DNA of 64,000 nucleotides from Kiritimatiellia bacterium. GTDB lineage: Bacteria; Verrucomicrobiota; Kiritimatiellia; RFP12; UBA1067. The DNA is taken from positions 1,760,001-1,824,000 of the forward strand of contig JBMNFY010000017.1 in NCBI GenBank assembly GCA_050949565.1. The letters are read 5' to 3'. The notes beneath the pieces are model-generated. The model saw only the letters and a program-made list of their open reading frames with translations. It made no database searches and had not been told where the DNA came from. Of the stretch, positions 38,921 to 48,916 are shown in pieces. A program made the position numbers and the translations under genes. Every line of letters starts with the position of its first letter. Position 1 is the stretch's first letter.

Positions 38921-40102
38921 CTAAAGTTCGATGATCGCCTGATCGCAGAGGGTGAGGCACTGCATACCGTTCGGTGTAACCAGAAAGGTGTCTTCTACAC
39001 CGACCGCGCCGCTACCGGGGATCACAAATTTGGGTTCAAGCGCGATGCACATGCCGGCGGCCAATGTGTCGGTTGAACGTGCACCTAGCACGGGCTGTTC
39101 GTTGATTACGATGCCGGTGCCGTGGCCTACGAAGCGGGCTTTTTGCGAGAGGCCCATGAAGCAGTCAGCGAGACCAGCTTCAGCGGCCTGCGCCAACGCA
39201 AGGGCATAGAGGTCTTCACAGCGCGCGCCGGGCACGCCGGCGGCGGCGATGGCGTGCTGGATGTCGATCGCCACTTGATGTGCGTCGCGCGCTTGGGGCG
39301 CTAGTGGGCCGATCGAGAAGGTGCGCGTGCAGTCGGTCAGGTAACCATAGAAATTGGCAGCGATATCAACCATTACAGCCATGCCGTCAGTCAGGCGCAC
39401 ACCGCTTTGACCGATCGGTATCGAGGGGTGCAGGCCCGCGCCGCCGAGCGCGAAGTCATAGGGCGAGGCAGCGCCGCCGTTGTCCCCGGCCAGTACGGTG
39501 CCCATAAACACCTCCATGCTACTTCCAGCAATACGGAAAAGACCCAAGCTGCCGGCCTTGAGCATCAGGTGAAACATTTCTACCGACCACTCTTGATCGG
39601 TCATGCCCGGCTCGTAGACGGCGGCATACTGCGGGATGATGGCTGCGTGGCGACTGCCGGTCTTTTTCATGATCCCGATTTCATACGGCGTCTTGATAGC
39701 GCGGCAACGGCGTAGCAGCGCCGAACCATCGGCGCACTCGGCATCGCCGAACACCGCCGACAGCCGTAGCCATTCGCTGTGGGTCAGGTCGTCGGATTCG
39801 AGTAAGATGCGTTGGGGCAGGGGCACGCCGGCGTCACGCAACAGTTCCGGGATCTGCTCGGGCTTGCGAACGTTGATCACGGTGTCGCCCTGCAGACCAA
39901 CGGGGCGACGCACAAAAAACCAGGGCGTACCTTCCACGGGCAGATAGACAAAGCCCATAAAGACACGGCCGGAGGTGTAAAAAAGATTTACGTTGGTGGC
40001 GACCAGCAGCGCATCCGCGCCATCGACGCGCATCGCTTCCTGTATGCGCGCCCACCGCAGATGGAGATCGGAGGTCAGTTCATTCGTGTATCCTGTAAAC
40101 AT
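38921..40102 (-). CDS. M24 family (Xaa-Pro) peptidase
   Basis: RAIKTPYEI, GYLTDCTRTF, FVGHGTG..INEQP, ALEPK, GVEDTFLV. Confidence 0.85.
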   Translation of the reverse strand: MFTGYTNELTSDLHLRWARIQEAMRVDGADALLVATNVNLFYTSGRVFMGFVYLPVEGTPWFFVRRPVGLQGDTVINVRKPEQIPELLRDAGVPLPQRILLESDDLTHSEWLRLSAVFGDAECADGSALLRRCRAIKTPYEIGIMKKTGSRHAAIIPQYAAVYEPGMTDQEWSVEMFHLMLKAGSLGLFRIAGSSMEVFMGTVLAGDNGGAASPYDFALGGAGLHPSIPIGQSGVRLTDGMAVMVDIAANFYGYLTDCTRTFSIGPLAPQARDAHQVAIDIQHAIAAAGVPGARCEDLYALALAQAAEAGLADCFMGLSQKARFVGHGTGIVINEQPVLGARSTDTLAAGMCIALEPKFVIPGSGAVGVEDTFLVTPNGMQCLTLCDQAIIEL

Positions 40103-40141
40103 GGTGCGATGATACCCAATGCGGGCAGGGCCCGCAACCCA

Positions 40142-40232
40142 AGTTCATTAGTTAATTAGTGCATTAGTGCATTAGTTCATTAGTGCATGAGTTCATTAGT
40201 GCATGAGTTCATTAGTGCATGAGTTCATGAGT
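40142..40232. repeat. Octamer microsatellite (GTGCATTA/GTTCATTA/GTGCATGA)n
   Basis: About 11 degenerate 8-mers; related short array at ~28563. Confidence 0.85.
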
Positions 40233-40270
40233 TTGTCTGGGGATGTGCTACTGCGCTTCACAGTGCCCCC

Positions 40271-40915
40271 AAAAAACCTCTGTGCCCCTGTGCCTCTGTG
40301 GTGAGAAAATAGGCAGTGAGGTGTTAAGGCTGTGAGGCTGTGAGGTAACTCAGAACGCCGAACGTTGAACCCTTGAACCAGCGACGAAGTCGCGATTGAA
40401 CTTCTTGAACCCTTGAACCAACTCCTAACTCCTAAAAAACCTCTGTGCCCCTGGCCTCTGTGGTGAGAAAATAGGCAGTGAGGTGTTAAGGCTGTAAGGC
40501 TGTGAGGTAACTCAGAACGCCGAACGTTGAACCCTTGAACCAGCGACGAAGTCGCGATTGAACTTCTTGAACCCTTGAACCAACTCCTAACTCCTAAAAA
40601 ACCTCTGTGCCCCTGTGCCTCTGTGGTGAGAATATAGGCAGTGAGGTGTTAAGGCTGTGAGGCTGTGAGGTAACTCAGAACGCCGAACGTTGAACCCTTG
40701 AACCAGCGACGAAGTCGCGATTGAACTTCTTGAACCCTTGAACCAACTCCTAACTCCTAAAAAACCTCTGTGCCCCTGGCCTCTGTGGTGAGAATATAGG
40801 CAGTGAGGTGTTAAGGCTGTAAGGCTGTGAGGTAACTCAGAACGCAGAACGTCGAACTCAGAACGTTGAACCAGCGACAAAGTCGCGATTGAACCTTTGA
40901 ACCTCTTGAACCCCT
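40271..40915. repeat. 162/163-bp tandem repeat, 4 copies
   Basis: Units start at 40271, 40434, 40596 and 40759; the fourth diverges at its 3' end. Confidence 0.95.
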
Positions 40916-40926
40916 GGATGGGCAAC

Positions 40927-40955
40927 AAAAAAAGGCACCCGTCGCCGGGTGCCTT
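40927..40955 (-). terminator. Rho-independent terminator of 40992..42068
   Basis: GGCACCC/GGGTGCC stem followed by a 7-T tract on the minus strand. Confidence 0.85.
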
Positions 40956-40991
40956 CCGTTCGTTAAACACGAATCAGCTCGTAGAACCTAT

Positions 40992-42068
40992 TCACCAATC
41001 AAAGACGTAGCTGACCTTGAACTTGCGATAGATCGCAGCCTCAGGATCGGCCGCCGCCGACAGCTTCTTGTTCAGCTTCGCCGACCACGTGCCACCAGCA
41101 ACCGCGACGCACTCGGCATCGCAGTTTAGGTCGTGGGAGTCAGCAGTCTCAGGCCCGAAGAAGCCCGTGAACCAGCCGCTCCAGCTCGGCCAATCATAGG
41201 AAGGCTCGCACGGCGCGTTCTCGATCGGATCGCAGACAGTGCCCGAGGTACCACCCTTCGACACTCTGTACTTGGCCTTGCCGAAACCGACGAACTGCAG
41301 ATCAATGTCCTCTTCGCCCTCCTCCAGCTTCCACATCACGTCGGACTCCAACGTGGCGCGACCGCCGGGCTTCATGGCCTTTGCCAGACCCTTGCCGAAC
41401 ACGCTCATCTTGTTGACTCCCTGATCCTCGAAGACCCAGAGGTCCTTGCTCGCCTTGTCGTACAGATAGACCGTGAAGGTCTCAAGGCAGCACTCGCCCG
41501 TGCCCACGCCAGGAACGGTGACCGTCTTCTCGACAGCCGTACGCCAGTAGGTCTCGGTGATGCTGGTGAGAGTGCGAGTGGCAAACGTACTTTGACCCAG
41601 AGCATTCGTGTACGTGATCTGCTCTTCGGTCACCACCGTGCGCGTGTACGGAGCGATTCCCGCACCGACCTTCGGCGTAGGAAGATTCGTCGGCGTGTAC
41701 GTCAAAACGGGGGCCAGCGCATTGGTGGCGGTCGGAAGCCAGTTCGTTCCAACACCAACAGCGACAGGATCCGTAAACACGGGGACCACGTTCGTGACCG
41801 TCGCCTTCAGCTCGTCGACATACTCAACGCTCGTCGACGTCGAACCACCCTCCTTGATCTCCGACAGGTTGCCAACGATGGCACCCTTGTAGCTGATCGA
41901 ATAGACAGCCTTGTAACCCTTCGCGATTCCGTTAGCGGTTTTACCCTTCATAACGAAATCCCAAACAGGCGTGTCGCACGGGGAAGCTTCGCTTCCCGGA
42001 GCGCAAACGCTTGCGTATGCGCTACCCACGATCGTCATCGCGGCAGCAAACATCATTAACTTCTTCAT
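40992..42068 (-). CDS. Secreted Cys-containing hypothetical protein, possibly an abundant surface protein
   Basis: Signal MKKLMMFAAAMTIVGSAYA, AAGGAG SD, 8 Cys, Thr/Pro-rich middle, ends YVFDW. Confidence 0.75.
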   Translation of the reverse strand: MKKLMMFAAAMTIVGSAYASVCAPGSEASPCDTPVWDFVMKGKTANGIAKGYKAVYSISYKGAIVGNLSEIKEGGSTSTSVEYVDELKATVTNVVPVFTDPVAVGVGTNWLPTATNALAPVLTYTPTNLPTPKVGAGIAPYTRTVVTEEQITYTNALGQSTFATRTLTSITETYWRTAVEKTVTVPGVGTGECCLETFTVYLYDKASKDLWVFEDQGVNKMSVFGKGLAKAMKPGGRATLESDVMWKLEEGEEDIDLQFVGFGKAKYRVSKGGTSGTVCDPIENAPCEPSYDWPSWSGWFTGFFGPETADSHDLNCDAECVAVAGGTWSAKLNKKLSAAADPEAAIYRKFKVSYVFDW

Positions 42069-42146
42069 GAGTACTCCTTTGTTGTTTCTCCTTTTGTCGT
42101 CACCACACGATTCCTAAACATCGCTAGTGACTCCAAAAACGTTCAG

Positions 42147-42283
42147 ACTTTACCATTCTGACTTGGACGTGTCAACGGGGATTTTAAAAAAAAATCGTCT
42201 CGTCAAACCGAACCCCCATTGGCCTCAACCGACCAAGTCCCTTAGATGGCGGCAACTGTAGCATTTACGGTGCGTCTCTGCAA
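42147..42283 (-). promoter_or_regulatory. Tandem sigma70 promoters with A/T tracts
   Basis: TTGACA-N17-TAAAGT (42175..42147) and TTGCAG-N17-TACAGT (42283..42255). Confidence 0.65.
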
Positions 42284-42413
42284 GCGCGTTTTTTGCGTTT
42301 TACGTTTTTTTCAATTGATCGGCACTGGGAGATATGCCGAGGTCATGCGTTTCTATAGAGAGTAACGGTGAATGGCGAAGAGTGAATAACAGGGTATGGC
42401 CGTGGGGATTTAC

Positions 42414-42779
42414 CCTAAAAAGAACAGTTGAACCTTCAACTCTCTTTGGTTTCTGGTTTCAAGGTTTCATGGTTTCAAGGTTTCTGGTTTCTGGTTTCAA
42501 GGTTTCAAGGTTTCAAGGTTTCTGGTTTCTGGTTTCAAGGTTTCAAGGTTTCTGGTTTCTGGTTTCTGGTTTCATGGTTTCATGGTTTCATGGTTTCATC
42601 CAAATCGGGATCGGGATCGCTATCGGGATCGAAATCGACTGTTGCGCCCACGCAGTGGCTCGCAGCGGCAAGTGTAATGATGGCGGCGATACCGATCCCG
42701 ATACCGATAGCGATATCGATGGTGGCGCAATGGAACCTTGAAACGCATGACCTTCGCACTCCCCTGTCACTAACCGATT
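42414..42779. repeat. Composite dispersed element: hairpin, 20 GGTTTC units, and a ~180-bp element shared with 53766..53934
   Basis: Direct comparison with 1024..1130 and 53766..53934. Confidence 0.9.
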
Positions 42780-42802
42780 GCGTCAGAAAAACCAACTTCC
42801 GG

Positions 42803-42831
42803 TTGACAGTCGCGGGGGGCTTTGATAAATT
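42803..42831 (+). promoter_or_regulatory. Sigma70 promoter for the small ORF and tRNA-Cys
   Basis: TTGACA-N17-TAAATT. Confidence 0.65.
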
Positions 42832-42842
42832 GCGCCCTCGTT

Positions 42843-42938
42843 ATGGGACAACAACTAAGAAAGCGTGCGAAGCGCCAGCGTCGTATCGCTCGCAAAAAGC
42901 GAATCAAAGAGCGTTTGCGCGCCGGGATGAAGAAGTAG
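42843..42938 (+). CDS. 31-aa Lys/Arg-rich small protein MGQQLRKRAKRQRRIARKKRIKERLRAGMKK
   Basis: Translated by hand, below the ORF-track cutoff; fills the gap between the promoter and tRNA-Cys. Confidence 0.65.
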   Translation: MGQQLRKRAKRQRRIARKKRIKERLRAGMKK

Positions 42939-42951
42939 CCTTTTATCCAAA

Positions 42952-43025
42952 GGTGCGATGGCCGAGTGGTTAGGCAGAGGTCTGCAAAACCTCGAACAGC
43001 GGTTCAATTCCGCTTCGCACCTCCA
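42952..43025 (+). tRNA. tRNA-Cys(GCA)
   Basis: GGTGCGA/TCGCACC acceptor stem, GAGGT-CTGCAAA-ACCTC anticodon arm, GGTTCAATTCC, encoded CCA. Confidence 0.95.
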
Positions 43026-43031
43026 TTTTTG

Positions 43032-43073
43032 AACCGCTGACTTTCGCCTTGGCGTGAAGTGAGCGGTTTTTTT
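43032..43073 (+). terminator. Rho-independent terminator after tRNA-Cys
   Basis: AACCGCT..AGCGGTT stem followed by a T tract. Confidence 0.7.
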
Positions 43074-43223
43074 ATTCGCGGGTGCGGCCCGCGACGAAAT
43101 TCTCACACGAAGGCATGAAGGACACGGAAGGGGTTTCTGGTTTCTGGTGTGGCTGTGCCACTCGCGGGATGAAACCTCGCAGCCTTAACACCCAATCGCG
43201 GGCGCTGTCCGCGAAGGAGTAGC

Positions 43224-44606
43224 ATGATCGACGCGGCGTTTGTTAACCATTATTTTGAAACCCACCGGCAGGCGATCCTCGACGACTGGTTTGCATTGCT
43301 GCGTATTCCGACGGTCGGTGCAGACCCCAAGCGGCTGGGCGACTGCGCACGTGCGGCGGCGTGGCTGAAGCAGTTTCTGAAACCGCTGGGTTTTGAAGCG
43401 GAGATCCTGACGCCGGGACGCGGTCTGCCGGTGCCGGTGTTGATCGCGGAGCGGCCGGGACGCGAGGATGCGCCGACAGTGCTCTTTTACGGCCACTATG
43501 ATGTGCAGCCGGAGGATCCGTTGAATGAGTGGCAGACCCCGCCGTTCGAGCCAACACTGATCGATGGCCGTGTCTACGCGCGCGGCGCGCAAGATAACAA
43601 GGGGCAGGTGTTCGGTTTTCTGCAGGGCGTGAAGGCGCTGATCGAAGCGGGCGAGAGCCTGCCGACGATCAAGCTGGTGCTGGAGGGGCAAGAGGAGAGC
43701 GGCAGCTCGGCGCTGAATGACCTCGCGCCGATCTTGAAGCAGCGCCTGAAGGCCGATGTAATGATGGTAAGCGATACGGCATGCGGTCCGGATAATCAGC
43801 CTGCGATCGTAGCAGGTCTGCGCGGAGTGCAGCACTTTACCGTGACGCTGACCGGCCCCGCCTACGATCTGCACTCGGGGGAGCACGGTGGCGTGGCACC
43901 CAATCCGGCACAGGGCATGGCGGCGTTGCTCGCCTCGTTGCATACGGCGGAGGGAGCGATTGCCGTGGAGGGATTCCGCGACCGTGTGCACCATCCCTCG
44001 GAGGAGGAGATGGCGATCGCGCGGCAAGGCATGCTGACGGACGAGCAGTACGCGAGCATAGTCGGCTGTCCGCCTGCAGGTGGCGAACAGGGGCTGGATG
44101 CGGTGGTGCGCGGCTGTTTCGAGCCGACGATTGAGATCAACGGCATCCACTCGGGCTACGGTGGACCGGGCTCGAAGACGGTGATTCCGGCGAAGGCGGT
44201 GGCGAAGCTCAGTACGCGGCTGGTGCCGGATCAGCGGCCGGAGGAGACATTCGCGGCGGTGCGTAAGCATCTCGAAGCGCATTGTCCGCGCGGCATGACG
44301 GTGACGATTTCGGAGGCGTGCGCGGGTGCGCAGGGGTTCCGGTTGCCGCTCAATTCGCCGGTCTTCCGATTGGCGGCGGATGTGTTGGGGCAGATGGACG
44401 CACGTGGCGCGACCTTCCGTTGGGCGGGTGCGTCGATCCCTGTGGTAGCGCGTCTGCATCAGATCACAGGTGCAGCGCCGCTGTTAGTGGGCTTCGGCCG
44501 TGAAGAGGATAAGATTCACTGCCCGAACGAGTCGTTTGGGCTGGATCAGTTCGTGAATGTGATGACATGGTCAGCGTTGATGTTGAAGGCGTTAGCGGAA
44601 TGCTAG
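43224..44606 (+). CDS. M20 family dipeptidase (ArgE/DapE-like)
   Basis: YGHYDVQP, ARGAQDNKGQ, EGQEESGS, DLHSG, IHCPNE. Confidence 0.9.
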   Translation: MIDAAFVNHYFETHRQAILDDWFALLRIPTVGADPKRLGDCARAAAWLKQFLKPLGFEAEILTPGRGLPVPVLIAERPGREDAPTVLFYGHYDVQPEDPLNEWQTPPFEPTLIDGRVYARGAQDNKGQVFGFLQGVKALIEAGESLPTIKLVLEGQEESGSSALNDLAPILKQRLKADVMMVSDTACGPDNQPAIVAGLRGVQHFTVTLTGPAYDLHSGEHGGVAPNPAQGMAALLASLHTAEGAIAVEGFRDRVHHPSEEEMAIARQGMLTDEQYASIVGCPPAGGEQGLDAVVRGCFEPTIEINGIHSGYGGPGSKTVIPAKAVAKLSTRLVPDQRPEETFAAVRKHLEAHCPRGMTVTISEACAGAQGFRLPLNSPVFRLAADVLGQMDARGATFRWAGASIPVVARLHQITGAAPLLVGFGREEDKIHCPNESFGLDQFVNVMTWSALMLKALAEC

Positions 44607-44613
44607 CGCGCCC

Positions 44614-44810
44614 CACGCACACGGAGGTGCGTGGGCACGAGAGGGAGCCTGGTGCAAGGCGGGCGCAGAGCAGCACCCGCAGTACCGGCAGGATCGGCAG
44701 TGCCGGGACCACGCCACGAGAGGGAGCGGTGTAAACGCCGCCTACAGGACAAGCGACGATAACGATGAAAACTAAAACTAAAACTCTGCGTCTCTGCGTC
44801 TCTGCGTCAA
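44614..44810. repeat. Mosaic repeat; modules shared with 45979..46068
   Basis: CACGCACACGGAGGTGCGTGGGCACGAGAG, GAGCAGCACCCGCAGTACCGGCAGGATCGGCAGTGCCGGG, GCGGTGTAAACGCCGC. Confidence 0.85.
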
Positions 44811-45974
44811 AAAAACCGCGCACCGTGCGCTTGGCGTTGGTGCTCGGTGTTGTGCTGAGTGTTTGCGCTAGTGCTGTCGGCGCTGGCAGCGCTGATCAGG
44901 TGCGGCTGGATCTGTTTTTCTCGACGGGCTGCACGGAATGTGAGCGGGTAGAGCAGGAAGTGCTGCCGGAGCTGGAAGAGCTGTTCGATGGGATGTATGA
45001 ACTGGTCCGGCATGATATGTTGCAGGCGGAAACGATCCCGCTGCTGGTGGCCTATCAGGAACGGTGCGACAATCACGATAACGGACGGGTGTCGATCGTG
45101 GTGGATCACACGGTGTTTCTCTCGGGGTATGAGGCGATCGCCGCCGAATTGCTGGAGCGCGTGAATGCGGCGTTAGAGGCGCGACAGGATCCGGCATGGC
45201 GCATGCCGCAAGCACCAGATCTCTCAGAAGACGAGGCGGATGAGGTGGTGCGCCGTAAGGCGAGTGGACTGACCTTTTCGGTGGTGGCCTTGGGAGGTTT
45301 GCTAGACGGTTTCAATCCATGCGCGATCTCGACGCTGATCTTTTTTATGAGCGTTTTGGCGGTGGCGCGTGCGGCACCGCGTACGCGGCTGCTGGTGGGG
45401 ATTTCGTTCATCTCCGCCTCGTTTCTGGTCTACATGGGGCTCGGACTGGGCTTCCTCTATGTGTTCCGTCAGGCGCCGAGTTTCACGACGGTGAAACGGG
45501 TGGTGGAGACCGTGCTGGGGCTCTGCATGATCCCGCTGGCGCTGTTCTCGTTCCGCGATGCCTTCCGGTTCCGTAAGTCGCAGCGGGCGGATGATGTGAC
45601 GTTGCAGATACCCAAGGCGTTCAAGACGCGTATCCACAGACATCATGCGCAGCCGCCTGGGTACGGGCGGATCGATCCTGGGCGGGTTGGTGACAGGCGC
45701 GGGGGTGACGGTGCTGGAGAGCGTCTGCACGGGCCAGAGCTATGTGCCGGTGCTGATGTACATGCTCAAGAAGGACTGTTCCAATTTTTGCGTCTGGCTG
45801 CTGCTGATCGTCTACAATCTGCTCTTTGTGCTGCCGCTGGCGGTGGTCTTTGTCTGTTTTCATCGTGGTATGCAGCTCACGGCGTTGATCGAGTGGAGCA
45901 AGCGCAACCTGGTGGTTGTGAAGATTCTGCTGGGGCTCTTTTTCAGCGCCATGGCAGTGCTGCTGCTCGTATAG
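44765..45974 (+). CDS. Thioredoxin-like domain fused to a CcdA/DsbD-beta-type membrane domain; frameshift near 45640; start uncertain
   Basis: FFSTGCTEC and LLDGFNPCAISTL, then LESVCTGQSYVP in the shifted frame (45645..45974). Confidence 0.7.
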
Positions 45975-45978
45975 CGCG

Positions 45979-46068
45979 GAGCAGCACCCGTAGTACCGGC
46001 AGGATCGGCAGTGCCGGGGATCACGCACACGGAGGTGCGTGGGCACGAGAGGAGCGGCGTAAATGCCG
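45979..46068. repeat. Mosaic repeat; permuted copy of the 44614..44742 modules
   Basis: Same three modules in a different order. Confidence 0.85.
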
Positions 46069-46101
46069 CTCGCAGAACCAGAAGGTGAGGCGAGACCAAA
46101 A

Positions 46102-46960
46102 ATGAACGACGATGAGTACGCCCTGCTGGATAGCGGCGACGGCCGTAAACTGGAGCGGTTCGGGCGCGTGGTACTGTCGCGACCATGCGCGCAGGCGGTG
46201 TGGAAGCCAACATTGTCGGTCGAGGCGTGGGCGCGCGCGGATGCGACTTTTGACCGAACCGAGGGCAATCAGTGGCACAACCGCGGTGCGCTGCCCGACG
46301 AGTGGACGATCCGCGTGAGCGGAATCACCTTCCGGCTTTCGGGAACTGATTTCGGACATCTGGGAATCTTTCCAGAACAGCGTGCGCAATGGCAGTGGAT
46401 CCGCGACATAGTGCAGCGGGCTTGCGCGGCGCGCGGACGGGCGGTGCGCGTGCTGAATCTCTTTGCCTATTCAGGCGGTTCGACGTTGGCGGCGGCGTTG
46501 GGCGGCGCGGAGGTGTGTCATCTGGATGCCTCGAAGGGCATGGTGCAGTGGGCGCGCGACAACGCCCGGCTGAATGGCTTGGAGGCGCACCCGATCCGTT
46601 GGATCACCGATGACGCGCACAAGTTCCTCTGCCGCGAGGTGCGGCGCGAGCGGCGCTACGATGCGGTGATCTCTGGATCCGCCGACCTTCGGACGCGGCC
46701 AGAGCAACGAACTGTACAAGATCGAGAAGGATCTGCCGGAGACGCTGCGACTCTGTCGCGAGTTGTTATCAGACGCGCCGCTCTTCATGCTGCTCAGTGC
46801 ACACACGCCGGGTTATACGCCGGTGGTGCTGGGCAATGTCTTGGGGCAGGCGGTCGAAGGGCTAGGCGGCGGGATCGAGAGCGGTGAGATGGTGTTGAGC
46901 GGCGCGGAAGGGCGGGTGCTGCCGACGCCGAGCGGCGCGTACGCGCGGTGGCGCGCCTGA
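46102..46960 (+). CDS. Class I SAM-dependent methyltransferase (RlmI/RlmK-related); frameshift near 46672
   Basis: [38 protein letters not shown]; LDPPTFGRG restored by removing one base. Confidence 0.8.
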
Positions 46961-47096
46961 ACGCGCGCCACCGCGATTTAGGAGTTAGGAGTTAGGATTT
47001 AGGAGTTAGGAGTTGGCACTCACGTCTCATGTCCCTTGTCTCGTGTCGCCCGGCGGCGTAAACGCCGCCTACAGAACTTGAAAGGAAACATAAAGC

Positions 47097-48632
47097 ATGC
47101 TGTCACGGGTTTATTCGGGTGCGGTCTATGGCGTCAATGCCTACGCCGTGGAGATCGAGGTCAATGCGGTTAGCGGTGAGCCGCAATTCGTGATCGTCGG
47201 GCTGCCGGATGCCGCTGTGCGCGAAAGCAAGGATCGCGTCTGGACGGCGATCCACAACGCTGGTTTCCGTCCGATTCCCGGCCGCAATACGGTCAACCTC
47301 GCGCCAGCGGACATCAAGAAGGAGGGCCCCGTCTACGATCTGCCGATCGCGGTGGGGCTGATCGCCGCCACCGGTCAGGCCGAAATGCCGCAGATCGAGC
47401 AGTACGCGATGATCGGCGAATTGGCGTTGAGCGGCGAAGTGCGTCGCGTGCGCGGCGTATTGCCGGTGACGCTGGAGATGCGTCGCCAAGGGATGCGCGG
47501 CATTCTCGTGCCCGCAGACAACGCCGAAGAGGCGGCGGTGGCCGAGGGTATCGATGTCTTTGCGGTGCGTCACCTGCGCGAGGCGGTCGATTTCCTCGCA
47601 GGCAACCTGAAACTGGAGCCCTTCCGTGTGGACATCACTGAGTTGATGGAGCGCGAGCGGCGGCATGTCGAAGACTTTGCAGATGTCAAAGGACAGGAGA
47701 GTGCCAAGCGCGCGATTGAGGTGGCTGTCAGCGGCGGTCATAACATCCTGATGATTGGTTCGCCAGGTACTGGCAAAACGATGCTTGCGCGGCGCATCGC
47801 CTCAATCCTGCCGGAGATGACGTTGGATGAGGCGCTGGAGGCGACGCGCATCCACAGCGTGGCGGGCACCCTCAAGAGCCATCAGGCGCTGGTGCTGCAC
47901 CGGCCTTTTCGCGCGCCGCACCACACGATTTCAGACGCGGGGCTGCTGGGCGGCGGTACGCATCCGCTACCGGGCGAGGTGAGTCTGGCGCATCGCGGTG
48001 TGCTCTTTCTCGACGAACTGCCGGAGTTTCACCGCAATGTGCTGGAGGTGCTACGTCAGCCGCTTGAAGACGGGCGCGTCACGATCGCGCGCGCGGCAGC
48101 CACGCTCGATTTTCCCTCGCGCTTTATTTTGGTCGCGGCGATGAACCCCTGCCCGTGCGGTTATGCCGGCGATCCCAAGCGCGAGTGCCGTTGCAGTTCA
48201 CAGAAAATCCAAGCCTACCGCAACAAGATTTCTGGGCCGCTGCTTGATCGCATCGATATTCACATCGAAGTGCCGCCGGTGCGCTATCACGACCTCAGCT
48301 CGCTGGCGCGCGGCGAATCTTCCGAGGTTATTCGCGCACGTGTGGCGGCCTGCCGCGCGGTGCAGCGCGAGCGTTTCGCGCGTTCGCCGCATGCCGCCTG
48401 CAACGCCGCGATGACGCCACGCGATGTGCAGAACTTCTGCCGACTCGATGGCGATGCCGCCGACCTGCTGAAGATGGCGATGAGCGAGTTGAACTTCAGC
48501 GCGCGCGCCTACGACCGGATCATCAAGGTGGCGCGTACCATCGCTGACATGGCCGGCGCTGAATCGATCGGTGCCGTCCATATATCTGAAGCGATCCAAT
48601 ACCGGTCGCTGGATAGGATGATGTGGACTTAA
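47097..48632 (+). CDS. comM: YifB/ComM family Mg-chelatase-like AAA+ ATPase
   Basis: [65 protein letters not shown]. Confidence 0.93.
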   Translation: MLSRVYSGAVYGVNAYAVEIEVNAVSGEPQFVIVGLPDAAVRESKDRVWTAIHNAGFRPIPGRNTVNLAPADIKKEGPVYDLPIAVGLIAATGQAEMPQIEQYAMIGELALSGEVRRVRGVLPVTLEMRRQGMRGILVPADNAEEAAVAEGIDVFAVRHLREAVDFLAGNLKLEPFRVDITELMERERRHVEDFADVKGQESAKRAIEVAVSGGHNILMIGSPGTGKTMLARRIASILPEMTLDEALEATRIHSVAGTLKSHQALVLHRPFRAPHHTISDAGLLGGGTHPLPGEVSLAHRGVLFLDELPEFHRNVLEVLRQPLEDGRVTIARAAATLDFPSRFILVAAMNPCPCGYAGDPKRECRCSSQKIQAYRNKISGPLLDRIDIHIEVPPVRYHDLSSLARGESSEVIRARVAACRAVQRERFARSPHAACNAAMTPRDVQNFCRLDGDAADLLKMAMSELNFSARAYDRIIKVARTIADMAGAESIGAVHISEAIQYRSLDRMMWT

Positions 48633-48671
48633 AGACGTACATCTCATCTCTTTATTATTTTTTTGTGGAGG

Positions 48672-48700
48672 TTGACAGGGACGCGCTTTGAGCGTACACT
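48672..48700 (+). promoter_or_regulatory. Near-consensus sigma70 promoter
   Basis: TTGACA-N17-TACACT preceded by an AT-rich tract. Confidence 0.75.
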
Positions 48701-48731
48701 CATGGGCAGATTCTTTTCAGAGAGGTGGACT

Positions 48732-48881
48732 ATGGGCAAGAAAAAATCAGACGCATTTGTGAAAACATCGAAAAAGCGGTTTGAAGTGGCGGACGCCAGC
48801 GAGGTCAGGCTGGGCGTTGGCGGCAACTTTAGAGCTGAGCAGATCGGTACGCTTGGTGGTACTGGCGGAAACATCGAATAG
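48732..48881 (+). CDS. 49-aa peptide, candidate RiPP-like precursor
   Basis: GAGGTGG SD then ATG; MGKKKSDAFVKTSKKRFEVADASEVRLGVGGNFRAEQIGTLGGTGGNIE. Confidence 0.65.
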   Translation: MGKKKSDAFVKTSKKRFEVADASEVRLGVGGNFRAEQIGTLGGTGGNIE

Positions 48882-48916
48882 TTTCTCCCGTGCCGGGCGC
48901 GTGACACGGTCCGCTC

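Noticed and set aside
40271-40915. CRISPR array or repeat protein gene (ORF 40587..40970)
   Set aside because: Whole units are near-identical with no spacers, and the period alternates 163/162 so no frame is maintained.
42334-42973. ORFs 42334..42741 and 42428..42973
   Set aside because: Low-complexity translations of GGTTTC and ATCGGG arrays.
26003-43025. Integrative element anchored at tRNA-Leu or tRNA-Cys
   Set aside because: No integrase and no distant duplicated tRNA 3' end seen; flanking genes are largely housekeeping.
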